DNA from: Auanema rhodensis
Taxonomy: Eukaryota; Animalia; Nematoda
Direction of reading: 5' to 3'
Length of the DNA stretch: 64,000 bases
Assembly: GCA_964057225.1 (NCBI GenBank)
Contig: OZ059898.1
Coordinates: 7,192,001-7,256,000 of the forward strand
Shown piece by piece: positions 43,181-56,500 of this stretch; position 1 is the first letter of the stretch; each line of letters begins with the position of its first letter. A program made the translations under genes and the position numbers. The notes under the pieces were generated by a model, which saw only the letters and a program-made list of their open reading frames with translations, had not been told where the DNA came from and searched no databases.

Positions 43181-46100
43181 ATGATTCTACCTATCTACAA
43201 ATCTCGACGTAAAACAAAAAAATTTCTATTTTATTCTCTATTCGTGCTAGGATTTTTATTACTGTGGTGTATTCTAACTATTATTATTCTCTTTCTACAA
43301 GATGCAGTAAGTTTGGCTAATACTATACAATCATTTTATAGTTTGAATAAGTCATACATTCAATTTGTAGCCATATTATTGAAAATTTTAAAAATATATA
43401 TTTATGACTATTAAATATAAATTTATCTTCAGGTTTTTGGTTCTTCTACATCGCCACCATTGCGAATTGGACCGAAACAGGAAGAGACCTTCAACGGTCG
43501 AGGTGTTCAAGTAGTAGTTGGACATTACAATGGCAATCTTCCAATGGAAAAACTGCGAAACATCTCTGAAGGTCTCTTTTTCATACCAAAAACCATTTTT
43601 TCTTGAGAAATGAAAAGAAAAACTTTTCAATTTGAGTATTTTAAAAAATGTTTTTTAAAATACCAAAATAGATATGTATATGAAGAATCCTAGGAAACAA
43701 GTACAGATATTATAAATATTTTATTATTATAGAAGACCTAAATGCAAATAATTATAATCCTATTAATGGCTGGGGTGAAGGTGGCAGCCCAGTTCATTTA
43801 TCGAAAGAAGAAGAAATTCTCGCTCAAGACATTTTCCCAATAAATCAGGTTTGTGACTATTTAGATCAATTTCATAGTTAAATTCGTGGTTATCCCCCAT
43901 TTGATATTACATTTTTTGAAATAAAATAAAAAATATTTTAAAATTTTAAAAATAATTTTTCAGTTTATGTTCTAAATTATGGTTTACTTTAAAAATTTAT
44001 AATTTCAATTTATTCTTAGTTTGAGAGACAAATCATATATTCTAATGAATTCTTTTTTATTTCATCTCTTTTTACGTGTTCATTTCTCGTTCATCTCTTC
44101 AAGATCCAATAACTTGAATCTAAATCCCAAAAAAATGAACAAAATAAGGCTTTGGTTGACTAGTTTTAGAATACTTCTCTCAATCTCTTCTCAAGTTGTT
44201 CTCTATATTTCTTATGATCTTCAACGATATTTTGTTCATATAAAAAGATATTTCATAAATTTATGATATAACCTAGTAAAACACATTCATATGAACTAAT
44301 TAAAAACGATTAAAGCTTTTGGTTTTTCCTATGAAAACGAAAGTATATTTTTCAGTTTAATCTCTATATCAGTGATAGGATATCAGTTCACAGATCTATT
44401 CCTGATATCAGAAAACCATCTTGTCGTGAAAAATCATATCCAGGTAGAGAGATAATTAAAGTTTTATATAAAGAGTTTATAACATATGTAACAGATCCTT
44501 CTGAACTTCCAAATACATCTGTTATCATAGTGTATCATAATGAAGCTTATTCAACATTACTTCGAACTGTTTGGAGCATCATTGATCGATCACCGCACGA
44601 GTCTATTCGTGAAATAATTCTCGTAGATGATTTTTCTAATAGAAGTAAAACATCAAATTTAAATAAAACAAAAACAAAAATTTTATTTTCAGCCTTTTTG
44701 CGTAAAGATCTTGACAATGCAGTTCGAATGATGCCGGTTCCTGTAAAAATAGTTCGAGCTGTTGAACGCGTCGGCTTGATTCGAGCGCGTATGATGGGGG
44801 CTCAAGTAGGCTTTGACAACAATGAGATTGAAATAATAGAATAATTTTTAAGGAAGCACGTGGTGATGTACTGACATTTTTGGATTCACACTGTGAATGC
44901 ACGATAGGTTGGCTAGAGCCAATGCTGACAAGAATTAAAGAAAACAGGTATCGTATACAATACACTTGTATAATTATTTATTTAATCTATGTTTTTTAAA
45001 GAAAAAATGTCGTTTGCCCTATTATTGACGTGATTAACGATCATACATTCCAATATCAAAAAGGGATAGAGCTTTTCAGAGGAGGTTTCAATTGGAATAT
45101 GCAATTCCGGTAATTGCTATCAGATGTACATAAACATACTTACATTTCTTTAGATGGTATTCTATGCCTTCAGCAATGGCTAAAGATCGTCTGAAAGATC
45201 CGACATCACCGATTACGTATGAAAAAGCCATTTTACCAAACTTTTATTAAATTTTCAAATTTAGATCACCAACAATGGCTGGAGGACTATTCAGTATTGA
45301 TCGAAAATATTTTGAAGAACTTGGCGCTTATGATCCAGGGATGGATATATGGGGCGGAGAGAATTTGGAAATATCATTCAGAGTGAGTTTTATTACTTTA
45401 AATAATAATTAGTTATACATATATCTCATGTACTTATACAACATATTCTTTTCCAATCCCTTCTATAATTAGTTTTTATTTTTCTCATGAAATATGAATC
45501 AAGAAAATTCATTTGAATATTAACAGTTTTGAGCAAATTATACGAATTGCAATTTAAAAACAATTTTATACGATTTGTTATATAAAACATAAATTCCATT
45601 TAGTAAGTTGTAATACTTGCTGAACGGTTATGTCTATGTATTATAACCAATTGAAACTACTGAATATGGGTTGTTTTCTTAAACTTCTATGATCGCTGAT
45701 CTTATAATCATTTTCCTCACGTGATACTTAACCGGTCTTCAAATTCTACAACTTTCCATGTCATTTTCAAACAATTTTTCTGTTTTAAATCATTTCTGAC
45801 TGGTTTGTTCTCATACTACTTTATAGTATATGTTATATAAACCTTACATACTCTATGCAAACTAAATATTGAATTAAATTTTTTTTTGTGTGTTTGACTT
45901 GTTTGGAAACAAAACTAACAATATGATTTATTTCTATTTTATAGATATGGCAGTGTGGTGGTCGTGTTGAAATTCTTCCATGCTCACATGTTGGTCACAT
46001 CTTCCGTAAAACATCTCCTCATGACTTTCCTGGTAAAAGTAGTGGCAAAGTACTTAACGGAAACTTATTAAGGTAATACAAAATCCAGTTATAATCGAAT

Positions 46101-47901
46101 AATTAAATTTATAGAGCAGCTGAAGTTTGGATGGATGATTGGAGACAGATGTTCTACAAACTATCACCACGTTAGTTATACGTAATATATTTAAAACAAA
46201 CTATATTTAGAAGCTGTAACAATGCGAAAAGATGCTGATGTGAGTAATCGAATTGAGCTGCGTAAGCGTTTGAGGTTTGTTCATTAATGATTTTTTTTTT
46301 GAAAAAAATAAAATATTAATACAATATTTATGATATTGTATATAAAATAATTTAATATTTATTTTCTAAAGATTTGGTTATAATCTAAAATAAATGAATA
46401 AGTTTGGTTATGAATGCCGTATGAATTATAAAATATATATTTAATTATATATATACTTATATACATATATATATTTATACAACTGATAAATCAATTATCT
46501 TTATAAAGTACTTTTAGTTAAAAACAAACTAATATTTAAAAAAAATTTTTTAAATTTAGATGCAAAGATTTCAAATGGTATTTGGACAATATATTCACGG
46601 ATCATTTCTATCCTATGCCAGGAGATTTTTTTGGACGGGTAAGAAACTATTCGAAAATGGTCTTTAATCGTTATTTTCGCAAAATAATTCAAAATGACCC
46701 CTTTATTCATTTCACATTTTGGAGAAAATCTTTTGGGTCTTCTAAAATAAAACTAAGTCATTTGCAGATTTCAAATGATGAACTAGGTAGTAATTCGACA
46801 GAAAACTGTCTGACATTGTCAGTTGAGGCATCAACTGGCCTAAGAAAAGCCAATTATTTGGAATGTCGGCTGACAAATAATTTTCCAAGAGAGCAGGTTG
46901 GGCTACGTACCATTATCGTACTTTTTCTTTCAAAATTCATCAATTTTAATAATAAATAATAAATAGATGATTGTATTCAAAAACAAGTTCTGATTAAAAA
47001 CTCGGTACGTAGCTCAAAATGCAAATTCTTAAAAGTTTCAATTTTTTTAATTTATGTTTTAAACCAATAACTCTTCAATGTTCAGAGTAGCTACGTATCG
47101 TGTTTTCAGATTCATAATGATGAATATTGCCTTGTAAGTCGTCCGGGTGATGCAGGCAATGTGAAGCAACATAAGCTTACAATTGGCCGATGTACACTTG
47201 GTTTTGACTTGTGGCAGGTGATCTTTTATTTTTTTTTTGAAGCAAAAAGATGTAAAATATAAAAAAATATGTTTTATTTAATTGAATTTAGTAAACATAG
47301 TATATTTTCATTATAGTTATGGTTGTTTACCAAAGATGGTCGTATACGATCTGACGAACATCTATGTCTATCAGCTACACAGATAGTTCATACAAATTCC
47401 CAATGGATGGTTCAATTGAAAGAATGCGCTGGTTATGAAGAAGAATATTGGACATATAGTCCAAAGGCATGTTCAAATATATATTTGAAAAATATTAAAA
47501 ATAAATTTAAAAAATGAATTTATACATTTATATGAATCCAAGTAATTTTTCTTTAAAACAGAAATAAAAATACTCTTTCATTAGAATATTTTATTTGTTA
47601 GAAAGCTTAGAAATATTTTTATTAACATAATTAAATTAAAAAATATTATTTTAGTACAAAACATTTGTACAAAAGAAAAGTGGACTTTGCCTCACACGAC
47701 CAGTAATTACATCAGTCACTGATATAAATTTGCCTTTGATTGTGAAATGTGGGAAGCCTTCACAGGTATAATAAACAAGTTTTTTATCTTATATAAGAAA
47801 AAATAATATCAAAAATCAATTTATATAAATATAATCTGTTTTTGTTTTAGCAATGGACTATGAAAACTGTTGCTTGGAGGCCTGAAAAGAGTCGTTCATA
47901 G
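43181..47901 (+). CDS. gly-6: Polypeptide N-acetylgalactosaminyltransferase with two alternative lectin alpha-subdomain exons
   Basis: Type II TM N-terminus; [11 protein letters not shown]; [21 protein letters not shown]; [10 protein letters not shown] (DxH); SPTMAGGLF; [11 protein letters not shown]; ricin domain [10 protein letters not shown]. These match recalled C. elegans GLY-6. Confidence 0.9.
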
Positions 47902-48746
47902 TTTTTTTCCTTTTATTATCTTTGTATAATGCTCTTTAATTTTTTCAATTCTGCTTATTAATACACATTTCTTTAAGCTTCTTATCAAAAAGCATTAACA
48001 TTTGCCATTACAAACGAGAACTTTAATTTTCTGCCATGGCTTGTCATGTTTTTTCTACCTTCCGCATAATTATTTTCTATTATATAATTTGATTTTTTAT
48101 AATTTGTCTGTCGTTCTTGGAAGCTCAATACCATCTATAGGAAATAATAATCTGTTAATATTTTTTATTTTTATACTACTCTTCTCAACTTCTTTTTTTT
48201 ATTATCTCAACAGATTTTTGCCAGAAATAGATTTTCATTGAGCTCATCCAACTACAAAGCAGCCATAACAGTTTCTGGTTTTCTAGCAATTTGTTCCCTT
48301 TTCCCACTCTGTGATACCTCTACAATTTTATATTTTTTTAACTGTTTAAATCTTTGAATTATTTATTCTTTTTCAATGTTGACATGAAATGTGTTGTAAC
48401 CTGCTCTAGATCATAAAGAATCCTTGTCACTAACATTTAGAAAATCTATTGAATTTTATATTCTATTAAGCTCTTTCTTATATATCTAAAGCTTTTTAAG
48501 CCTTTTTTATGATTGTTTTGTTAATTTAAAATGTTTTATCATTGTATATGATTCGTGCCAAAGATGTAGCAGCAGGCTACAAACAGAAACTGCTTTATTC
48601 TGATGCCAACATTACTATATACACTTTTTTTGTTATAATTTGTATAACTAATATGCATAATCTTATAAAACTGTTTTATAATTATATTTGTTTTTATATT
48701 TTATTATACAAATAGATTTTTTTACATAACAAAGCTATTTGTTTTA

Positions 48747-50590
48747 TTATAGTTGTTCATAGCATATCATGAACTTCTCTTCAATCATCTAAAAGTTTCT
48801 TAAAATAATAAAAAAAAAACTTTTTTTTAATATTCACCATGGATAATCGACCAATTAATGATATCGATTTAGTATATAACTCATCTACTTGAGTTGAAGG
48901 AAATAATTTTAAGGTTTGGGATTGTTGATCGATACATCCTTCAATGAAATGACAGATTGGAATTTCATATCAAATGTCTACATACCTTCAATTGTCTTAT
49001 CCAAAATCATTTTAACTAATATCTTTTCAGATATCTCTTCAGATAAACCTAATTGTTTAGCTATCATTGCTAAATCTATTTCCGAATATGGCTTGATTAC
49101 ACGTAATATTTCCTAAGAAAAAAGATTTTTCACAGTAACAATTGAAAGCTGATATCACCTTTTCTGTCAGACTTTCTCTTAGAGAAATAACATTCATCTG
49201 GATAATTTTATCGGATTCGAATTCATCATGATACAAATCTAAACACTAATACAAAACTATGTTTTTCAATAATATGAAAAAATTTACTGTTTGAAGTGAT
49301 GGTAAACAAGCTTGTTGAAAAGCAAAAGCTAGAGCATTCATAGCTTGTGCTTGGCGACAACTATTGTTCGTTATATCCTAAATTTCTCATTATTTAAAAC
49401 AAAATAAACAAAATAATAATGATAATAGCTAACTTTGGAAGAAATCAAACTTGGAATTATACTGTATTCATCATTCATTATCTTTAATATCAACATAATT
49501 TATGATGAAGTACGATTACCTACCTTGCAAAGACACATGTACATAAGAGATTTTTTAGCTTTCTTCTCATTCTTACTTGTTTTGAATCCATCAAATGCTT
49601 CGATGAAATAAGAATAAGCAGTGTTTAATTCTTGAGAACTGCATAAGTGAATAACTCCTGATTGAAAATCCAAACAAGCATAAAATTATTGGAAATATAA
49701 ATCAATATTAATCATTAAAATGAGCAAACTTGAACAAATGATGTTATATATGCTAATTGTGCTAATAGTTTCGCTTCTAACAAGTATGATTTAGCCTAAA
49801 TTAAAATTATAAATAACATACATATATTTGTATTTTATAATATATAAAGACCTTTGAAAGATTATTAAGTGCAAGATAAATAGAGCTTTGCGCAAGTGTT
49901 AATCTGACTAATACTTCTTTATCTTGTGAGTCTTTTAATTCCTGTTCAAGGTCATTTACTAAAATAATAAAATTAATAACTCAATTATATATTTTGATAT
50001 TACCTAAATTTAATGCTTGCTGAGCCAGATTTGATTCGTTATATACCTCCACAAGCATTACAATCAAATATCTTCTAAAGGAATTGCATTTATTTGATGA
50101 AGCCCATTCAATGCATAGTTTCAATAAAGAAATCTAAAAATTAAAAACTTTATTTTTAAATATACTTTTTATTATTATTACTATATGTTTATATTCATTA
50201 TCATATAAGTATCCCAGATCAACCAAATGCCTCAGAATGTTCGCAGATTTCGTTTTACCAAGCAGTGAGAGTATTGGCTCAAGGTTTGTGACGAATAAGA
50301 TCAGATCTAAAAATGTTGAGAATATTCAAAGAATATTGAACATTCATTTCAGATAAAAAACAAAAAAAATTATTAATTACCTTCAATTTGTTGATTTTTC
50401 CCAAGTTGTTCACCGTACTCTAATATACTTTTTGCAACTATTTCCATATTATTTTCATCATTTTTATTAGCAAACTTTTCAACTATAATAAAATAATTAT
50501 TAAAATATATTTATTAAAAATTCTTTATATATTATATGTTATAAACATACTTAATACATTAAGAGAATAAATTTTTTCACAAATCAACAT
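48747..50590 (-). CDS. Divergent Rpn6/PSMD11 paralog (rpn-6.2-like)
   Basis: LGKTKSANILRHLVD, CIEWA, LDFQSGVIH..TAYSYFIEAFDGF, LMYMCLCK, RVIKPYSEIDL..KMILDKTIEGCIDQ, all collinear with rpn-6.1. Confidence 0.88.
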
Positions 50591-51166
50591 GTTAGCGACT
50601 GTTTTTCACCGAAATATTTTTAAAATGAAAAGATTATATGCTAATTTCAAGAAAAGAGGCTTCAGATATGTTTCATAGTTTGACGTTGATTCAATTGATT
50701 TGTTACACGTCTGTTCCTCTTATTTGTTTTTCTTTCAATTGCTTATATGGCTGAAGCACCACATCTGATGACTTTATTGAAAAGGACTATTTAACGTAAG
50801 ATTTCTAAAATTAACACTTAGCTTATTCAATCAAAGTGTTAGAAGAAGCCGCTCAAAAATCTAGTTTTATCAAATGATTGATCAATTATGTGTGATGAAA
50901 TTGTTGACCTGCGACCCAAGAAATCTAGATCTGGGACTATTGAGCTGTCAGAATCTGTATTTGAGGCTCTTAGACAGTATGCAACGAGGGAATACACAAA
51001 GAGCTAGACATGTCGTTCCACTTAGGCTTTTTATTGTATTCGACAGGACTAATTCCTTAGTCGGAAAATCAGTTTCGACTAGAAGCACAGTCATTGATTG
51101 TCTCAGTAATCAAGTGTTTCAAGTGATTATATTAACTGTATTGTCTATCCTATATTATATCCCAGA

Positions 51167-52700
51167 ATGAAATCTTTATTCATATTATTATTAATTATTA
51201 TAATTCATTGTAATGCTCAAATGGCAGATAGAGACCGGCTTCAGCATGATCTCTCCAAGTTTTTGTCAATGCCTAGGTTTTACATTTTAATTTATTTCAA
51301 ACTAAATGAAACACTTTTAGATACAACGAAACGGAAAAAAGTATAGCAAGACTTGCTATTCAAACAGCTTTTGAAGGAATGGGCTTAAGTACATTCACCC
51401 ATACGTTTCTTAGTGAAGAATCAGTATGTTATTAGAAAATTATTAATTTATAATAACTATTTTTCAGAATGAAATGGGAATAAATGTTATTTCCATACAG
51501 AAAGGACCACATTACGGAACAGACGAAGATAATATTGTTGTTGTTTGTGCGAATTATGATACAAAACTAGATAATGCAGGTATTTGAAGAATGAAATTAT
51601 AGAAACAATCTTAAAAATGATACTTTTGTTTCAGGTGTTGATGACAATGGATCAGGTGTAGCAGCGTTATTAGAAACGGCTCGTGCAATGTCCACTTTAG
51701 ATCAATTGTATTCTAGACAAGCTACAATTATGTATGTTTTAGTTGACAGAAAGCATGAGGTATAACACTATTCTATTCAATAAATAATATTTTATATTTA
51801 GTCTTTTTCTGGTAGTCACGAATTTGTTGAGGATTTTCTTTTACCATTCACCGAACGTTATAATGCTACTGTTTCGTCAGTTCTAGTATTAGATGGAGTC
51901 ATGCATTTTGACCCATTCCCTTCATCTCAAGGAACACCACCTGGCTTCGAGGAGGTAATATTGCAACAAATAATTGACATTTATATATTGAACAAACGAT
52001 TTAGATTTTCTTGGGACCCGCTAAGCTTCTCCACGAGCATACTCATATGGGAGATTATATTCAAATTATAGGACGAGCTTCGGTGGATGATATTCTTATG
52101 CAAAGGTAACTCATCATAATAACATAATGATTGCTTTAAACAATAATTTAATTACAGCTTTTCTGCAGCATTCTCAAGAGCAACTGCTCGTCTGGAGAAC
52201 GATTGGTCATTCCGGCCTTGGCTTCTACCAATAGTTCTACAGATGAAAGAAATAACTTCAATGGATAGTTTATATAGGTATCTTTTCATTTTATTTCAAT
52301 ATATTTATGAATAATTTATAGGTTACAACCATATCTTTTTGCTGATCATTCATCATTTTATTTCCATTCACGATCAAATGTACAAATTCCAACGTTATAC
52401 ATCACTGATACTCGTAAGTATATTGGTTAATTAACCATTTTGTAGTTTTTTACTTGATAAGAGAAATATTTTTAGTTAATTATCGCGGTGTGAAGCAATA
52501 TTGTAACTATTGTGATGGCTTATATATGATTACTGAACCAAATATAAAATTTTTAACATTAATAACAGATGCAATCATTCGATCAGTAATTCATTTAGCT
52601 CAATCAGACGGTTTGTACATATATTTTTAAATCTTTTAATTTTCTCTTTATTTCAGCTTCTGCGGTATTAGATGAACTTCAGAGTAACTATAATAATTGA
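51167..52700 (+). CDS. Secreted peptidase M28-like protein with degenerate zinc ligands
   Basis: Signal peptide MKSLFILLLIIIIHCNA; VVVCANYDT, GVDDNGSGVAALLETAR, SGSHEFV, VLVLDGV, ADHSSF, ITDT. Confidence 0.85.
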
Positions 52701-52863
52701 ATAATAAGATTTGGTAACTTAATACATCTACACATATTGATATGTGAATCAAGTAAATTATATTAATTTATAAGATAATAAAAGTTTTTATTGTTCTAAT
52801 TCATTTCAAAAAATTATTCTGTCACGTATTGAAACGTAAAAATACAGGAAATTGTCATTTCCA

Positions 52864-53630
52864 ATGGAGGTACATGAGAGTGCGGTTGAATTCGATAAAA
52901 CCCAAAAGTTTTTATCCGCCGATGAAATATCCGTTTTATCGAGAAAAACTACTAGAACTCCACCGACACCGATGTCGGTCCGTACTCCTAGAACACCAGT
53001 AGATGGTGTCAAACTAGCATTTGTATGAGTGATTAGACACATTTCAATGTTGAAAATTATTGGTTCAGGATGACTTGATTACTCTACTTTACAAATCTCA
53101 TGGCATGTTTTATGATGTCCATGCCCAGAAGTTTGAAGCAAGCACAGGTCTCCGAAGAGAGCAGGTTACTAACAGTAAAAGTATTAAAATTGATATCTCG
53201 CTCTTCAGGGAATATATTGTTTCTGTTCCATAGTTGCGTTATATCTCATAATCGGTAGAAGCGCGGAATTTGTCTGTAATATTATTGGTTTCGCATATCC
53301 AGCATATAAAAGCGTACAGGTTAAACTTTGTTTTTATGATGCAGACAAATCAAGATCTAGGCTGTTGGCACAAACAATACTGATGATGACACACATTGGT
53401 TAATATATTGGACCGTATTTGCTACGTTTTCCATTTTTGATTTCTTTGCTCAATCCATTTGTAGTTGGTTCCCACCATATTGGCTGCTCAAAGCTTCATT
53501 TTTAATTTACTTATATCTTCCGCAAACTGAGGGAGCTTTGCATGTTTATCACAAAGTAATCGAGCCATTATACAATACAATAAATAAGTACATTCATCAC
53601 AAATTAAACGGAAATGTTAAAAAGAGTTAA
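52864..53630 (+). CDS. YOP1/REEP5 (TB2/DP1) family ER-shaping protein
   Basis: CNIIGFAYPAYKSVQA, DDDTHWLIYWTVFA, WFPPYWLLKASFLIYLYLPQTEGA. Confidence 0.93.
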
Positions 53631-53640
53631 AATAAAATAT

Positions 53641-54384
53641 TTACATATGAAATTGTGCGAATATTATTTATTCATCTGTTTCAAATCTGATAATCGTGCC
53701 ATTGATTCCTTTACATTCCAATGTAATTCCTAAAATTATAATTTTTCATTAAAATTTTTAAACAGTATTTTAAAGATGAACTTACTTGTAATTGTTGTAA
53801 GTTACACGTAAATGTAAAGGGTTCCGAAGCTGACGATCCATCTGATACCGCATGCAGTGTGATTGATGCAGTTGGCTTAGCGATTCTAGTAAGTAACGTA
53901 GACTAAAAATAGTGAAATATACAAAATATACGTATAACGTGCTACCTCTTTTGCTTTACAAACTGACCAATTAATATCAACAACTTCCGGATTATCCCAC
54001 CGAAGTGAACGCAATACTTCCTTCATTGATTCCTCATTTTTCTAAACTAAATGAACTAAAAACTCAAAGAAATATGAAAAAATTTACTTGATAAACATGG
54101 AAGAGTGTTTCAGCAACGGGTTGAGGCACTAACAAACTCAGTTTAGAAATTGTGTCATCTTGGGAATAATTCTTTTGACCAATTTCCACAAAAATAGACC
54201 AAATTATTCTTGAATGCTCTTCGGAAAAAATATCACTATTCCCTATAACAATTTTTCATTATAATCAGAATAAAGGTGAGTACTTGCATATAGAACTTCC
54301 CAATATTACTTGAATTAAATAGCTTAAGTTAGCTTCAGTTAGCGAGTTTACATCAATTTCTTTAATTTTTTCAAAACCGGACAT
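53641..54384 (-). CDS. COMM-domain protein (COMMD3-like); 3' end approximate (~53641-53666)
   Basis: C-terminal PEVVDINWSV..FTFTCNLQQLQELHWNVKE resembles a COMM domain; short canonical introns. Confidence 0.7.
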
Positions 54385-54654
54385 TAAAACCTTAAAAAAT
54401 AAGTAGTAATTATTAGTAGATTAAAGAAAACGTAATAATATTTAAATATATTTTTTCTTGAATTGATACGCAAAGCGGTCGTTACTTTTCGTTCACTAGA
54501 TTTTTTTTTACAGTAAGTGCTTCAGAAGAAGTCTTACATTGTTTTCAAAATCAAAGCACCAAGATAAAGGCAAATGATGTTTTAAGATAGCTTAAGTTTC
54601 AGCATACTTTTGAATTTGTGACGTGGATATTCATTTTCAATTGAATTTTTAGAA

Positions 54655-55158
54655 ATGGGGCTGTTTATTTTTTTCTCTTTGAGTTTTATTCTGGTTTTTA
54701 TCACAGCCGATGAAAGTTTGGTATTTTTCTTAATTTTATACTCGAAAAAAATTGAAAGTTTAGACATATGATCCAAAACATAGTTCATATATAAATTTTG
54801 AGCGAGTGAAACCTAATTTTGGTATCCCTATTACTATCTATGCTGTTTGATTGTTTTTTTTAAGGTTTCTTCAGCTTCATAACAGCGATGTTAGTTTTTT
54901 ACATATTTGCTGCTATAATTTATAGTTTAAACTCGCATTTTTCTGAGCAACAGAGAAGAAAAAAACTGTTAAAAGATTTTGAGGTTAGATTATTTGGCTA
55001 TATTGTGTTCTATGGTTATAAACTTGAAGATAACTTCTGCAATAAAGAAAGAATTAAGAAAAAAGGCTGAAATAGTAGCTGCAGTGAAAGAAAAAGCAGA
55101 AACTGCAGTTTTAGATCAGGAGTCAAATGAAGAAACGACGGATTTCAATTCAACTTAA
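54655..55158 (+). CDS. Small type I membrane protein, uncharacterised
   Basis: Four in-phase exons: signal MGLFIFFSLSFILVFITA, short ectodomain, TM FFSFITAMLVFYIFAAIIYSL, charged tail ending DFNST*. Confidence 0.65.
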
Positions 55159-55990
55159 TATTTTTCAAATCGATTCAAAATAATTATTACTAGTAATCAT
55201 GACTAAAGCTCTTTTTCTATTTTAATATTCATTGCTTTAGTTCTTCTTTGTTTCCCTTGAATACACCGATGATATCTGAATATAGGATTGTTGGATTATG
55301 ATTTTGGCAAAAGTGAGTGTTATAAAATCTAGTTGGGATCTCGATAACTTGTTTCTCGTTCAATGTATCGCTCTTTTTCTCTTTACCCTTACTAGATGCG
55401 AGTTCTAATTACTATAATAACACTTCTATAGAATTGTGATTCACCTTTTTTTTGTTTTTTTTTAATAGTTTTGTTTTATCACTTAGTGTTAAATCTTGTT
55501 TTCCTTTTTTAACAAACTTCTACTATATGTAAGCTTCAAATATAGTTCTTTAATGCACGGTATGCTTTTTTATATATAAAAAAATATGTATAAGTTTTAC
55601 AATTCAGCTATTCATGATTCATGATATAATGTATTCCTTTAAGTAGTTCTAAATGATTGAAATTTCTATTAGTCATGGCTTATGGAAATGGGAGTCATAA
55701 TAGTTACCTTGTTTCTGATATATCAAAATCTGATATTATAAATATATTTATTGATGTCAAGCATGGCACGTCATGCGATTCAACTGGCCAGACGACGGGA
55801 AATTCTTTTTGAAAAACTTTTAATGCGACCAGTTGTAGTCGGCATTCATACCAGTCACTTGAAAAGAGGTAGACTGTGATTCAATATGTTTCAGCCAAAT
55901 ATCTCCTGATCAATCGAAATATTTTTTGTTTCTAGATTCCGAAATACACTTGGTTCTTCAACTCTATTAAATTTTAAATTATATTTACAG

Positions 55991-56500
55991 ATGATATCCG
56001 TGATTACATTGGTATTAGTAAGTTCTCTTGGAGCTGTACAGGCAACTCCATCTATGTGGGCTTGTCCAATAACTCCAATCGGACCAATGATGCAGCCTTT
56101 TGATTTCCGAACTGGGGAAGAGTAAGCATATCTTTTATTAGGCAAAAACTAATGGAAATCATAAATTATATCAATTATATTCAACTAATTGTTTAAGTTT
56201 CTATTAATATATCTATTTTCCTTTTAGCTGTCCATCGGATTCATTTGTTCATTACTATTCCTGCTGTGATGATAATCCGTTCCAATGTTGCTTTCACTTT
56301 GAAACATGGGCTATGTAAGTAAAAAATATGTTTGACAAAAATATGAGATTACAACATCGTTGTATTTCGTTAGATAACTAATATGGTATTCCACCTTACT
56401 AATCCCGATTTCTTTCAGAGTTATATTCTCCATAGTTGTGTTAACTAGCCTTGCAGCGGGCCTCTTTTTTGCTGGTCGCTTATTACTACGATCAAATTAA
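55991..56500 (+). CDS. Small Cys-rich single-pass membrane protein
   Basis: Signal MISVITLVLVSSLGAVQA; CPSDSFVHYYSCCDDNPFQCCFHFETW; TM AIVIFSIVVLTSLAAGLFFA; three exons with canonical sites. Confidence 0.8.

Noticed and set aside
50740-51170. Possible small ORF or C/D snoRNA between the Rpn6 paralog and the M28-like gene
   Set aside because: No consistent spliced frame and no box D partner for the TGATGA; more likely 5' UTR or promoter.
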